A stretch of 64,000 nt of DNA from Hydrolagus affinis (GCA_012026655.1 JAAILG010000038.1:62001-126000); one strand, 5' to 3'. Shown: positions 24,634 through 38,232, counted from the first letter of the stretch. Made by a program: numbers and translations. The notes: generated from the sequence alone by a model not told the origin.

Positions 24634-25035
24634 ACAACAACAAGAACAACAAAATTACATATACTTGTATAGCATCTTTCACATCAGGAGGTCATCTCAA
24701 GGCGCTGGACAATCATTGTTTCAGACCCGAGCTGGGGTCAGGGACAGGGACGGTGGAGGGAAAAGTGGGGATTTAGGGTGACTAATGGGACTTGGGGTTA
24801 CAAAGAGGAGGGTCTTGAAGCGGGACTTGAAGGAGGGATTGTGGGATGGAATTCCAGAGGTTAGAGGCAGGGTGGCTGAAGGCTCGCCCATCAATGATGA
24901 GGCAGGTGGGGCAGGGGACATGGAGAATGCCGGAGACCGCTGAGTGGGGGGAGCGGGCAGGTTGGTAGGGGGTTGGGAGGTCACAGAAGTAGGGTGGGGC
25001 GAGGCCATGGAGGTCTTTGAAGGTGAAGAACAAAG
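24634..25035 (-). mobile_element. L2 LINE 3' end
   Basis: Encodes FTFKDLHGLAPPY...GRAFSH.A..LWNSIP; (TTG)n tail. Confidence 0.88.
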
Positions 25036-28000
25036 ATTAAACTGTATACAGGTTATATACAGCGGTGCATCTATTGAATGCACTAAGTGCTGTATATGTA
25101 ATTTTACCAGCAAAAGACGACCATCGACAACAATGCAGCAAAAGCTGAGAAATGTTTAATTTAAGAAAAGCCCTTTTGCTGTTAACATTATATCAAAATA
25201 GTGAGCATTAATTCTACTTAAAATCTTCTGACAGTAAACAAATATTTGTAGGTAGTTCTGAGAAACATGACACTACCATGTATTACATGTGACAATTACA
25301 TAGACAATGTGAACTCCAACAAGATTTAGCCTGTCAAATTCCTGTAATGATATTTAACATTCCCTAGTGTTAATATCTGCCTCAAGCACTGTTGTTTCTT
25401 GTGCATGATCAAAGAGAGCTTGCTCGAGTCAGTGTGATACTTTAGGTTCAGATAAGAAGGGAAGAACTAGCTGAAGGTGAGATGTCCTGTTTTATTCTGC
25501 TTGATACGCAGGGATTTGCAGACATCAAATTACGGTGGCAAATTAAATGTGGGAAAGAACAAAATGAGCACTGAAAAGATTGCTCGCGCCAGGGCAAACT
25601 GTTTTGAATCTAAAATTAGGTGCCAAAAATGGGAACTGTAACTTTCAATCATGTTGAATATTGACAGGTCTGTTACCAAAAACACACATTATGCCAGGGC
25701 AAATACAGAATAACTCTTATTACCCCCTTTATAAAGCTTCCCCCACCCGCCCACCCCACCACCTCTTATAAAACTGTTTATGGTCACCTCCTCCCTCTCC
25801 CTGGCTCAGCATCAATCTCAATCACTACCACCGCATGCAGGCACTATATCAATGCAAGTTGTAGCTTCACTTATAAAGCAGTTGCCCTGTGCGCATAGAA
25901 TGGCTGGTTTCCCTTGTGCTACCTGGTTTTTAAGAACTTAAAAAATGGTCCAGGTTATTAGGTTGCTGCATGTTTCAGCATATATATGCAGTGAATACAG
26001 ACACCCTGAACAGTGAATATTTCAGTGAATACAGACACCCTGACTGGCTGTCGCTCCCTATTATAAGGCCGGATAGGATCTCATGGACCCTATCTACTGC
26101 TTCATAATTGGGGAATCTACTGTGTCCTCACATTAAAAACGCAACATAGGCTACAGTTTAATTGCCTCAACAATTGTTGGACAACTTTAATATTTTATAT
26201 TAAAGTTGAGAATATGAATCCGCACAAAAGATTCAGCGGATTCAACATCTCAAGGCACTTTGCAGAGTTGTTTCTGAAGAGTGCAGTATCTCTGTATTTG
26301 TAGGAGAGCAAGCTAAGATCCTTTTTGTTTGGTGCATTGCGGTTAAAATAAATTCAGAAAGAAAACAGTTATCCAGTAGTATAGAAATTGTGAAATTATT
26401 TTGTTATAAACTCTTATTCTTTGACCTAATATTATTATGTATTGATATTATATAAATCTATCTACAAATTAGATAGATTTCTGTTACGAAATACTATCTC
26501 TGGGATACAATGCATAGTTTGAGAATATAACGTGCGTGCAATTCCCAGGCTGGTGGAAACCGAACTTGGTCTTCTTTGCCAAGCAAATTCTTATGTGCTT
26601 GTGTGAAAGAATGAAATCTCTAAGAATGATATCTCTAAGAATGATGTAAAAGAATTGCCTCACCGAGAAGCCAGGACTTTCTTTCTTTTGCTGTTGTGTT
26701 CAATTCAGTAACAATCATTCCTCAATGAAGGTGGGAGAAAAAAGTGCTGCGGATTTGCCGAAAATGGACACTGTTCTTTGAAGAAGTTATAACACTGAGG
26801 ATCTTTATTCTGCCGTTAGCCTCTGGCTCTATCCCTGCACCAGAAAAGCAGTGATAGAGTGCCAATGGTTTCACCCCTTGGCAGGGCTGTCAGATAGTTT
26901 CTGCTGGATTGAGCAGGGAAATAGTAATTTGTGTTAAACAAATCTGTTGTCTGGGGGGCAAAGACTTAAGCGGAGAACTCTGAAATCTTTTGAAGGCGGA
27001 CTGTGCTTTGACCTGCACCTCCAGGTAACATGTGTATAGGGGAAGCCTTCAGATACTAATCCTTGCTCTGAGTCCTTGGCATTGCTAAGTGAACGAACAT
27101 GCTGACTCTTCCACTGAAAATTGGGCTAATTACAGTAAAGTGTGGCATGTGGGGATTAGAAAGAGAAATAACCATCACTTCAGGGGAATTTAAACTAATG
27201 GGTTCCTTGAGTTATTTTACCACTCAATTATCAGCGGTCCCACGCATTTGTCAAACTATGTGAGAGAATAAAACTCGAATCATCCGGGGCATCAATGTGC
27301 TTTTGTTACCTCAGCAAAATAACAAGAAGATTTCTTACATTTGATGTAGCCAAGCTTCAAGTCGCCTCAAAGCGCCTCACAGAATATACTGTAAAGTGGA
27401 ATTGATTGTATATTTTGTGGGCGAAACACTCAGGGTACATTTTGTTAGCATAAGATAAAATATCACAGGATAAAAGTTCGGATCTTGACAGGAATCAAAA
27501 AGAAACATATAGAGAATTTTTAGATCACAGGACTAGGCGGCTTTGTGCAGTGTTGTAAGGTTTAGACAACAGTTTGGACAATAAACTCCCAGCGAGCTTG
27601 AATAGTGTAAAAGTTAAGGCAACATTTAAACTTTGGAGCTCCTCTTTAAAATGGAAGCCTTCTGCGAAATCTTAACACATCGGATTCTCAACAATTGCCA
27701 TTCCCACCTCTGACTCGGTGGCAAAATAAAACAGTGGATCTGTTCCAAGTCTCCATTTCGGGAGAATATTCTACCCACTTGAGCTCTTTGGCTCGAGTTG
27801 GGATAAGCTTGGATATTAAGTCTGGATTTACACTCATCCCACTTGCAGCTCTCGCGCTGTCATAACACGAGGTCTGCAAAAAGTGTTTCTGTTACTTAAT
27901 CTCATATTTAGAGCTGCATAGAATTCCATTTGTTGTAAATCTAGTCTCCCCGGAACGTTTTAAGGGCATCACACAGTAAACACCGTAAACAAAAGTGAAT

Positions 28001-28604
28001 TTGCTGCCCCTTGTGAGTTTAGCATGTTCTTAAATGGTGTGAATGTTCCAAACATTGTTTTTTTCAAAAAAAACAATCCATTGCATTCTCCAGTCTAAAA
28101 GTTATAAATATTAATGTATAATTAATTGTATTAGTGAAAATCTAGGTAGGACATAATGAGATATTATTTAATGAAACCGCATATTTTATGGTTTGCCAAT
28201 TAAAGTTGCTTAGTCTATTACTGTGCCATGTAATTAGTCAGACAGATCTTATTTGACAATATGCTGTTCTTACAGCAGATTAATTCATTTATTTTATAAA
28301 ATTATATCTTGCTTTTCCAGGTTAACCTTACTGCCACCCACTCCCGCTCCCTCTTTACAGCACGTGAACTGTGTTTCCATCCTCCCTAGGAATAGGTTCC
28401 TGACTTGCTATTTCATATGCAAATTACGCTAGTTTGTTTCAAAGTCAATTGTGGCAATGATTTTTCAGGCTGTGTGTAAAAACCCCACCGAATGAAATTG
28501 GTATAAGAAACGAAACAAACGTTTATGTGTTGTTCTGGTGGTTAACAAAGCAAAACTAAATAACAATTATTTTTCATTCTAATAAAGATCAACGCCTCTC
28601 TGCA

Positions 28605-28860
28605 CAATAATAAACTTTACATTTATATAGAATCTTACATGTCAGGAGGGTATATCAAAACGCTTCACAAGTTATTCTAAAAAGTGTAGTGACAGTGTGT
28701 TTCGTAAGCACATCTGTGCTTTGAGCACATCTGTGTCTCACAAATGGCTATCAAGTCAATGACCAATTGGCACCTCCAATAGTGCAACGCTCCCCCGGTA
28801 CCGTATTGGACTATCAGACAAGACCACGATCTTAAAGTCCCAACATGAGGTGAGGAATTA
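28605..28860 (-). mobile_element. Deu-domain SINE, internally deleted
   Basis: SINE tail joined to GGCACCTCCAATAGTGCAACGCTCCC (upstream part of the family). Confidence 0.55.
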
Positions 28861-29292
28861 CAATTTACTAACAGTCTCTTATTTGACCACCCTGTGCAGT
28901 TCTGAAATAATTATTCAAAGGTAATATATCCAATGGCTCAGGCAGTGAATACCTGAGCCTCAGGTCGCAGGATCAATTCTAAATGTGTTACATTTGGCCA
29001 CAGCCTGGGTGAGCGAAGAAGAAAACAGCAAGGTTTCCATGCTCCTGAACTCTACCCGGCATGTTTGTACTTGCTAGATGAGGGGATGATCGGGTTCAAC
29101 AATGTATTGTACAAATGTGGTAGAGAGTGAGGATGTGAGTATAGCAAAATGAACGCAACATAACTGGTTTAGCAGGTTTTCTGTGTTATTAGAGCAACAA
29201 ACTATAATTACCCTTAATGACCGCAGGTAATGTGCACAGGTGTATACAGCAATGTGCGTTTTCAGATTGAAGCTGCTAAAAGGTAACGTAAA

Positions 29293-29642
29293 GAACAACA
29301 ACTTGGATTTATATAGCGCCCTCCACAACGGGCAGCATCTCAGAGCGCTTCACAAAAACGGATCCCGAGGCTGAGCCAGGGGTGGGGGGGGAGACAAAAA
29401 AGTGACCAAAGCCCGGTCGGAAAGAAAGATCCTTAGCCGAGACCTGAAAATAGGAAGAGAGGGGGGCAAAGCAAAGGGAGTGAGGAAGGCAGTTCCAGAG
29501 CCTTTGGGCGTAGTGGCTGAAGGTACAGCCGCCGATTGTGGACCAGAGGATTCGGGGGACAAGGAGGAGGACAGACCCGGTAGAGCGAAGGCAATGGGTC
29601 CAGAGGAGTGGAGAGATTTGAAAACAAGAGTGAGGATCTTGT
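29293..29642 (-). mobile_element. L2 LINE 3' end (second subfamily)
   Basis: Encodes LRSTGSVLLLVPRI..STIGG.TFSHYA.RLWN.LP; close to 56447-56820. Confidence 0.88.
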
Positions 29643-29794
29643 AAGGAACAATAAGGACAAAGGCTTGTACTAAAGATCAACGTTTAGTAAAATGAAGACA
29701 AGCAGATTGAGCATGGGCACTTTGCCCACTGTATTTCCATAAATCTCAGGTTATTTCCCACAATAATCAACGAAAGTGGTGACACCACATCAAT

Positions 29795-30090
29795 TGCCAG
29801 ATTTTCTTCTATGACTAAAGAGAAGAGAGTTTCTCTGGATGTCCTGGCCAACAATCCCCCAAATAAAATTTATCATTCGCTTCATGGTTATTTGTTAGTA
29901 TTGCTGTGTGCATTGCCATACAATTCCACAGTCACCTCACTTTAGAACTACAACTTGCACTTGTATCATGGCCTTCACATGGGGATAAGATCTCAAAGTG
30001 CTTCACAATACACCTAGTGAAGCGAGTCAAGGCATTTTGACAACAACATCAGGCGTTATGTCAAATGCAAGGGTTATTATCATTATTATC
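29795..30090 (+). mobile_element. Deu-domain SINE 3' part with a nested tail fragment
   Basis: GAAGAGAGTTTCTCTGGATGTCCTGGCCAAC, ending AAATGCAAGGGTTATTAT. Confidence 0.6.
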
Positions 30091-30580
30091 TAATAACACA
30101 AGGGTAGCTTGTTGCCTGTGTATCAGACACTGTAATGGAGGAGGGTACCTGTGGGAAGTAGGGGAGAAGAATGTAGAGAATGCATTCATTTTATTACCAC
30201 GAGAAAGAGACAGGAATCTACTATTTCCAGGATTTCACAATTAACAGGGAACTTGTACTGGAAAACTTTTGTGCCAGAGATAGACTGGTGCGATCAGAAT
30301 CGAAAGGTTTGTGAAAGCAAATTTCGTGCTGGATGATAAAAAAAAAGTAGCAAAAGGATATTTGCCTTTCATCTTGGAATCCCCATTGGGCTTTCATTTC
30401 TCCCTTTATTTGTTTTATGGAGATTGCACACTGCGAGAATCTCATCATCCCACAGACCAGAATTGATGAGTTGGATTTATTCCAGTTATGTCTGTAAGTG
30501 CGTGCACTTTCCTATTCTCATTAGGTAGATGCTGGTATTATTTACCCAGCCTTGTAGTACTGCAACTCTGCTCAGTTTAG

Positions 30581-30700
30581 TGCTGTGTTCACCCACAAAA
30601 TACAGTCAATCCACTTTGCTGTATAGTCTGTAAAGCGCTTTGAGACATTTCAACAATGTGATCAGGCCTGTATCAAATGCAAGAATTATTTATTATTATT
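30581..30700 (+). mobile_element. tRNA-SINE family A, 3' part
   Basis: Family A tail. Confidence 0.8.
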
Positions 30701-31359
30701 CCCTGTGCTATTTGTGAGTCCCCATCATAATGATATGATGACAGTGAATTGCAGCAACGTAGTCCTGTATTTAGATCTTTTGTAAAAGCCAGTCATTGAA
30801 AAATGGTAACAACACAAAATGCAATGAAGTGTTTCCAGATCGTTCCTCTTAAGGACCAGCTCAGACGGTGTAATTTTCATTATCGCTGTTCTGTTAACAA
30901 AACAGCCAGAGAGTTGCCGATCAAGGACATTTGCATGTACAGTAGTAGGAACTGTGACGTTTCCCTAAACAATATGCGCTCGGTAAACACAGTGCCTTGT
31001 GCTGCATGACAGATCGCACCTAACTTTGGAGCCACTTAAAACATGAAATCCTAGAAAAATGCAATTGGTCGGTTTCGCTCTTATTGCGCTGAATTAAACC
31101 ATCTGAAATATTATCTTGAAAAATTAAAGGCAGCCTCAAATGGGAATATATGTGTCGCAGCAAATTATGAAATGCAGAATCTTCCTTTGGAGAAATGCAT
31201 GACGGAATTTTGCATTTCGCTTTGAAACCAGAGCACTTTTTTTTTCCAATTTCGTGTGTCAACGGTTAATATATGCCTGGTCAACCAAAACATAATTGAA
31301 TTGAAAAATTCCCAGGCTTTTCTGTATCCTGGGCAGAATCCTCAGCACAGTGGGTTAGG

Positions 31360-31403
31360 GAGAGAGAAAGAGAGCGAGAGCGAGAGAGAGAGAGAGAGAG
31401 AGA
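31360..31403 (+). repeat. (GA)n microsatellite; a (GACA/GACG)n tract lies nearby at 31583-31623
   Basis: Directly visible. Confidence 0.95.
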
Positions 31404-32309
31404 CGGATGGGCAATGACGAGGGAGAAGTGGATGGGGGAAGAAACTTTCTCATTTTCTCATGGAGGGCGGAAGTCTAAAGTGTGCACTTTTTCTTAAAAG
31501 TGCCAGCGGACAGAAATTCTGCTCTGACACTGTCTGCTTTGTGGAGTTCCACTGCACCGATTAAAGAGTCTTGTTCAAAAAGATACAGACAGATGGACAG
31601 ACAGACGGACGGACAGACAGACAAATGTACAAAATATAGTCGATTACTATTTACAATATATACAGTCAATTCACTTTACAGTGAATTCTGTGAAGCGATT
31701 TGAGACGTTGAGATGACGTGCTATATGAAATGCAAGGAGTATTATTATCTCAAAGGGCTTCATAGAATTTTACTGTAAGGTGTGTTGACTTGTGTATGTG
31801 TGGACAAATGAATTGTCGCTTTTGTTGTAAGTTACCTTTCTGGGCCTGTCTGAGTTTTCTGTATTACTGCAGTTTACTTCAGATAAAGGGCCAAGTGAAA
31901 TCAGGTTTACAAATGATTTCAAAACGATCAGCACCAGTGTCTCACTGGCTGACTGCAGGCATTAGTATTCTGGTCCTGGTGTGAGACATTAGCTTCCACT
32001 AATGGCTACACCGACAAGATGATAACAACAGGAAAGATTATACCTCATTCACAACTCTTTTAATTTGTTCAACATCATGCCTCGGAACTAAAAAGGTTTC
32101 TCCAAAATGTATCTTTATTGGTTTTGAAATGAACAAACGTTCCTGCACACAGAACTGCCATGGGACCAATTATCCAATCCTTCGGTTGCAAACAGCTCTT
32201 TTATGTTAAATGCATTTTCTTTAATATTGGAGCCAGCTCACATCTCATTGTAGCCACAGAACATCTGCAGCTGAATATGCAAGGAGCTGCCATCGAAACC
32301 CAAGAACCA

Positions 32310-32627
32310 ATAGCTAGCGTTTGCAAGTAAGAGGACCTGGGTTTGATTCCCAGGCAGGGCAATATGTTGGGCAAGTTTCCTTACTCCACACGCCTCTGTT
32401 GACTTACCAATAAGTAGGAACACGGTTGTTAGTCAATTGGCGGATCACTTTTTCGGGGGGGAGTAATTTCTTCAAAAAAATAAATAACTAACATTATAAT
32501 TTGGTCCCTCAATCCATGACTGATTGTGGAACACTGCTGTGCACAATTTACTGCCGCGTTTCACTCATAAATTGTACAGTCAATTCATTTCATAGTATAT
32601 TTGGTGAAGCGCTTTGAGACATCTCAA
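32310..32627 (+). mobile_element. tRNA-SINE family A, near full-length, tail truncated
   Basis: GACCTGGGTTTGATTCCCAGGCAGGGC...GGCAAGTTTCCTTACTCCACACGCC...GAAGCGCTTTGAGACATCTC. Confidence 0.85.
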
Positions 32628-32635
32628 AGAAACCT

Positions 32636-33059
32636 GATCTCAGTCGCCCTTTTCAAAATCTGCTGTGACATTACACTGAGATTAACATCTAGTGAACAGT
32701 GACCCATTCTTTCCCCCACCTTGAATAGTGCAAATAAATACCTTGTTTGCTTGCAAAACACAGCCACTTTACAGTATTCTGTCTAGAAGCACTTTTCAGA
32801 TGTCCTCAGGACCTGACAAGGCATCAATTACAGTGGTAGGTGGATTATTGTAGCAATAATAATAATAATTATTATTGTTTGGAATATAGATAAACAAGAT
32901 TTAATCCTAACTGAATGTCCTTTGGTCCATCTTCAAGTACAACAGGTGCATTGTGTGCAAGCACTGTTCAAGATGGTGGGGAAGAATTGGTCATCTTTCA
33001 CCAGGTGTGTTAACCTCAGTATAATCTCATAGCAGAATGTTGAAAGGGAGACTGAGATC
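32636..33059. repeat. Long imperfect inverted repeat (arms 32636-32731 and 32961-33059), probable MITE relic
   Basis: GATCTCAGTCGCCCTTTTCAA...CTTGAATAGTGC matches the reverse complement of GCACTGTTCAAG...TTGAAAGGGAGACTGAGATC. Confidence 0.8.
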
Positions 33060-36000
33060 CAAACCAGTTGTCCTCCTCCCTACACCCAAGAGAAAGTCAA
33101 ACGTTCACAGTATTTAAGACTGAAGTGAAATCACGAACACTGATGACAATTAGAAAACAAGCTTTTCACATAGTGTTTTACACAGAAATACATTGTGGGT
33201 GTGGGGCCATGTAGTCAAATACCAAGATCTTTTAACCCCAATGACTCATACCTATCAATAAGTCATGATCACCGGTATGTGGAACCACAATTTATTCCAA
33301 CCAGAGCCTGACAGGAAGAGATGGCATGTTTATTCTGAGAGACAGCAATAGAGAAGTGGTTTTCACTTCCCTAATGGAACTAGGAGAATAAAGCAAAAAC
33401 TTCCCATTAATAACAATGGACACCATCCAATCTTGCTCAGAAACACCATAAGCTTGGGGAAAGGCATGTCCCACCAGCAGGAATTTAAAATGCCCAATAA
33501 GTTAAATTATGTTCAGTTTGTACCATGAGAATCAGAAGTAGATGTTAACAAGCCACGCTTAGATTCCAGTGGAAAATAAATACTCTACATTGACTTGGAA
33601 ATCAAAACATTCCAAGTATGTTAGATTTCAGTGGAAGGAAATCATTTGAAAGATCTTGTAAAAATGATGGATGATATTGTATAGTAGGAAACCCGGGTCC
33701 CTTCTGTTCATCTGAGCATTGAAATTCTTGGACTGAAACAGTCAGAATCCATCAGCAAAGTATCCAGCATTGAACAAAGAGGTTCAATGGCCTCAACATT
33801 GTGGCAAAACTCAAGGCACTGCAGAGCAAACAACAGCAACAACAAAATTCATTTCTAGAGCGCCTTTCACATCGGGAGGACATCCCAAGGTGTTAAATAT
33901 GAAATATAGGGCAGAATGAAACTGTGCCATTCACACAGAGAGATAATACTGGACTGTCATGTAGTGGATAATGGCGCCCCTTTTCCACGTTAGTTGTTGG
34001 TATGCCAATGGTACAACGTGTGATCCAATACAATCAGATCTGTGCTGGAGATATGGTTGCTTCACATTGCAGATTTACCAGGTCAATGCATGAAGACACT
34101 GTATGTATATTGCAGTGGATGAGCTACTCAAGGCTTCTGGCAAGAAGTGAATCTCTTATTATGATAAGAAGAATATGATAATCCTTGCTTTTGACACAAG
34201 GCCTCAACATGTCTCTGAGACATCTCGAAGTGCTTCACTGGATTTTACTGTGATGTGCAGCAACAGTACATTTCTAGGCAATCGTGGCAGCAGATTTCCA
34301 CACAGCAATATTCCACAAACAATTCCACAATATTCCCCCTGAATACTTTGTTTTAGTGTGTGTGCAAAGACAACGCTCTGTGCATAGGGCCTTGGTGCTG
34401 TTAGCAAACTCTCAGCAATGTAAAAGCACGTTTCAGAAAAATGTGTTGAAAAATCATTAAACATTAGCCAGTAGGGTCCAAAGCCTGTTGTTTTCACTGT
34501 AGACATCTTTAAGAGGGTTAATTATATTAAGAAGCCAGCAAGTTAACACAGTCATTGTTTAGTGATATCACTTCTGTACAGTAATCAACAACAGCCTCAG
34601 GATTTTTCAAATGTCAGTAGCTAAGCTTTTCTAAATCCTAGCTCCAAAAAACAGCCAACCGTGCTGTCACGTAGTTTGCAAAAAACAGTCCTCTGCAAGG
34701 GAATAAAGTCCTTTACGGTACCTAAAATACAAGATACCTGGACAGAAACCTGTATGTAAGTTTAGCAAATCCCAGGTCCTTAACAATTACGATAAGGTAG
34801 TTTTCTCTGTTGATAATTGAGCACATTTTGTCAGATTTAAAGAACTAAAACAGTTACACATACCATTATATAAAATGCCCGATATGTTGTGCTTTGATGT
34901 CATTTAAATCAGACTAATGCTCATTCAATTTTATGGTTGCAGAAACAGAAATGAAATTGTGCATTCACTTCATGGTTGTTTGAGGACAAATTGGCTGCAA
35001 ATTTACACTTTACAGTATATTCTGTGCAGCACCTTGAAACATCTTCCTGATGTGAAAAGCGCTATGCAAAATAAGAATTTTGAAATTATTATCAATAATA
35101 TTTGCTTGAATGCAAGGGTGTGAAATTATGCCACATTTTTGCAGTCGAAGGGAGTGAATATTCTCCTTATGATTTGTAATTAGTTAAATTGAAAACAAAA
35201 CTTCAGTAACAATAAAGCCAGCACGAGCTTTCATTGTGACTGTCTGAAGTATACAGCTAGTGCATAATTGAAAGGTTTATACAATACAGTACAATAAATT
35301 TACATAGTGCCTTTTACTTTGCGAGGATGTCTCGGAGTGCTTTGCACTGTTGATGTATTGATTTACGCATTTTTCATCTATATATTATATCAATATACAG
35401 TCAATTCATTTTACAGTATAATCTGTGAAGCACCTTTGAGATGTCTCAATGATGCGATAAGACACTAAATCACACGCAAGGATTATTATTATTATTTATT
35501 TTTAAATCACTCCGTCCCCGACGGAGACGTAATGATTTTAAATGGTGTTTTCCACATCTCATATCCTGCCCATTTATTCTCCTCACAGTTTCAATGATCA
35601 AATGACTTCTTAAAAAAATCATACCCACGTCAAACACCATCTAACCGTTTTATTTATTTTGTGTTGAGCTGCCCTGCCTGCCAAGTCACAGCTTACGTCG
35701 ATGCGCTAACAACTTTTAAAGATGCCAGCAGCAGCGCTCAATGGCACCGACAGACCTTGTGGGAAGAGTCTCAGGCAGACACTGGCGACGTCCCCCACCT
35801 GCAAGTGGACGAGAGCCAATTTGTTGGCCAGTATTAGAGCCTTCTGTCCTATCCCTCCCCAACCCACAGCCCCTCCTTCCCACTCGCTGTCTAAAGCACT
35901 GTAAGTACGACTGACAAGGCTGCCGCACCACACAGCCAGATACGAGAGTATAATGAACTTGTTGTTTGGGTACAAGCAAGACCAACCAACAGAGACCTGC

Positions 36001-36546
36001 ATCTCAAGGCTGTCAATCAAAGAAAGGCCAGGGAGCAAACAGGGTTTATTTTGTGTGTGTGTGTGTGGCTGAGAGATACTGCTTAGGGTGCTGGAATCTG
36101 AGATTGCTGACATTTGCCCCTTGCAGTGATTTCTGCTTTACCTTGAGCCAACAGAAAGCTTAGGTTCTGGACAGGAATCTGAAAGTGCTGTCAGGGCAGC
36201 CCTGTCAAAATGCTGGCAGCTCTCCAAAGCAACGTGGGCCAGTCTTTCAAACCAATTAAGAAAAAAAACATTATCACCAACTCTTCCCACCTCTCGTGCA
36301 ACAAACAGAGCAACAGTACTTTTAAATGCAGCTGGTTTATTCAAAATAACAGCTATAATTAAAGCATGCTTCAGTCCTTAAGTTGCTAATCTTTTTCTCT
36401 TGCTCTCTTTCAACAATCTTTCAATAGACACTAGTTTTTCCACCTGCCTTTCTTGTTGCTCTGTGATACAGTTCAGTGGGTACAGGTTGCCCTCCAATAC
36501 CTTGCTTAAGTTCTGAAAACTAGTCAAGAGATTTTTGGTCTACTGG

Positions 36547-36588
36547 TAGGGAGGGGGGGGGGGGAGGTGGGGGCTGGGGGCGGGGTGG
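36547..36588 (+). repeat. G-rich tract (G-quadruplex-capable)
   Basis: Five or more runs of GGG. Confidence 0.8.
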
Positions 36589-36759
36589 AAGGCTGAATTT
36601 ATCCCTCACAAGTCAACCTCATCACCCCCTACTAGCCCAGAAAACTTGAGACCTTACGCGTTGCTCGGCTCAACTTCATGCTAAATAAATTTCATAAAAC
36701 AATAATAATTATTGTATTCAATATGGAGATCTAATTCATAGAATAGAGAGATCTAATTC

Positions 36760-36885
36760 ATTGAATCATAGAATCTTATAGCACAGAAAAAGGCCATTCA
36801 GCCCATCGTGCATTTGCTGGCTCTTTGGAAGAACTATCCAATCAGAGCCACTTCTCCACTCTTTCTCCATACACCTGCAAATTTG
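36760..36885 (-). mobile_element. CR1-type 3' tail (shark HER1/HE1-like end)
   Basis: GAATCATAGAATC...GGCCATTCAGCCCATC; similar tails at 48078-48160 and 49455-49500. Confidence 0.65.
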
Positions 36886-36987
36886 TGGTATATCTATAGA
36901 TTTGTTAAAAGCAAATATTTACTTAACAATTTTCTCAAACAAATGCCAAGTGGGTTGAGGAATGCGGTCTGTGTTTGAGAAATGCAA

Positions 36988-37125
36988 CAATAATAATAAT
37001 CTGTGCATTTGATATACCACCTCATCACCCCATTGAGACATCTCAAAACACCTCATAGAATATATTGTAAGAAGTGGATTGCCTGTATTTTGTGGGTGAA
37101 ACTCGGCAGCCTGAATTGCCCATTC
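36988..37125 (-). mobile_element. tRNA-SINE family A, 3' part
   Basis: Family A tail. Confidence 0.75.
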
Positions 37126-37994
37126 ATTAATAAGAAAATCAAAAGTAATACTGCAAATTAGATTCTGATTTTTTTTTAAGGAACATCTACCCGCAGCTAG
37201 GTGCTGTGAATGAATCACCTTCAGCTTGTAGGATCAGTCAATGCTGCTGTTTGTGAGGCACTAAGCATTTAACATGGAAAACAAAATGCTGCATTTTGCT
37301 ATGCATGTCATTCCAGTTGGATCACTTTGAATGAATCGGTTTTAATTAGAATTTTCTGCAGCAACGAAGCTCTGATTGGTGACTGTGATCATCTGGTGAC
37401 ACTGAAGGAGCCTGCACAGCAGTCAAGCACATCTGTTACCCAGGAACCCAAATCATCTATTTGCGTTCAAAGCGTGGAACTTGATAGAATTGCAATGCTG
37501 CGTTTTTTTGTTCAGTACGCTCCTACTTATTTTATTTGAATCGTTTTCAATTTGATCTGCGATCAACCTTGGGAAGCTTTGAACCTTTAACCCTTTCCTG
37601 ATTTCCATGTTATTTCAGCACCCAAAGCACAATCTCACACAGGAGAACACTAGGGTTAGAGCAGCAGTTAATGGTGATAAGATGAGTTTCCCCCAGGGAA
37701 GCCCATGTACATCACCAGTGAAAACATGGTCGCTGAGGTGATCTCAAGCCAGAACCCAGTCCTTATGAATTCCTCGGTTTTACTAGGTGGAAGTTTAATG
37801 TTCCCAAGATGGGACTTCCTCCCCTCGTGAAAGGCTGGCAAAACATGTAATTTTGCTGCTGTTTGTTGTTGTTACCTGTGTGAAGGGCGCTATACAAATG
37901 CAAGTTGCTGCAGTTTGTGTCGCAAGGTGTATTTTCCCCATGTCCATCCACAATCTGATGTTCCACATGAAGAGAAGCAATGGTCGTGTGTATC

Positions 37995-38232
37995 TGGTGC
38001 CAGCCTGGCACAGTAGTAGCAGGCTCACCTCTGAGTCAGAAAATTGTGGTTTGAAGACCCATTTAAGGGCTTGGAATCACCTAATCTAAGATGATGCTAT
38101 AATACAATGCTGGGGATATGTCGGATGAGACGTCAAACTAAGGTCCTATCTACCTGCACAGGTGAACATTAACGATTCCACGGCACTATTTGAAAAGAGA
38201 AGGGAATTTCTCCCAGTATCCTGACCAACAAA
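37995..38232 (+). mobile_element. Deu-domain SINE, tRNA head plus Deu domain
   Basis: Head TGGCACAGTAGTAGCAGGCTCACCTCTGAGTCAG..., then TCGGATGAGACGTCAAACTAAGGTCC...GGCACTATTTGAAAAGAG. Confidence 0.8.

Noticed and set aside
27688-27873. Minus-strand exon after the CTTTTTGCAG acceptor
   Set aside because: The one open frame resembles no protein I recognise and there is no convincing donor.
37588-37659. piggyBac-like TTAACCCT...AGGGTTA ends (also 33232/34522)
   Set aside because: Terminal matches are too short and the inner TIRs disagree.
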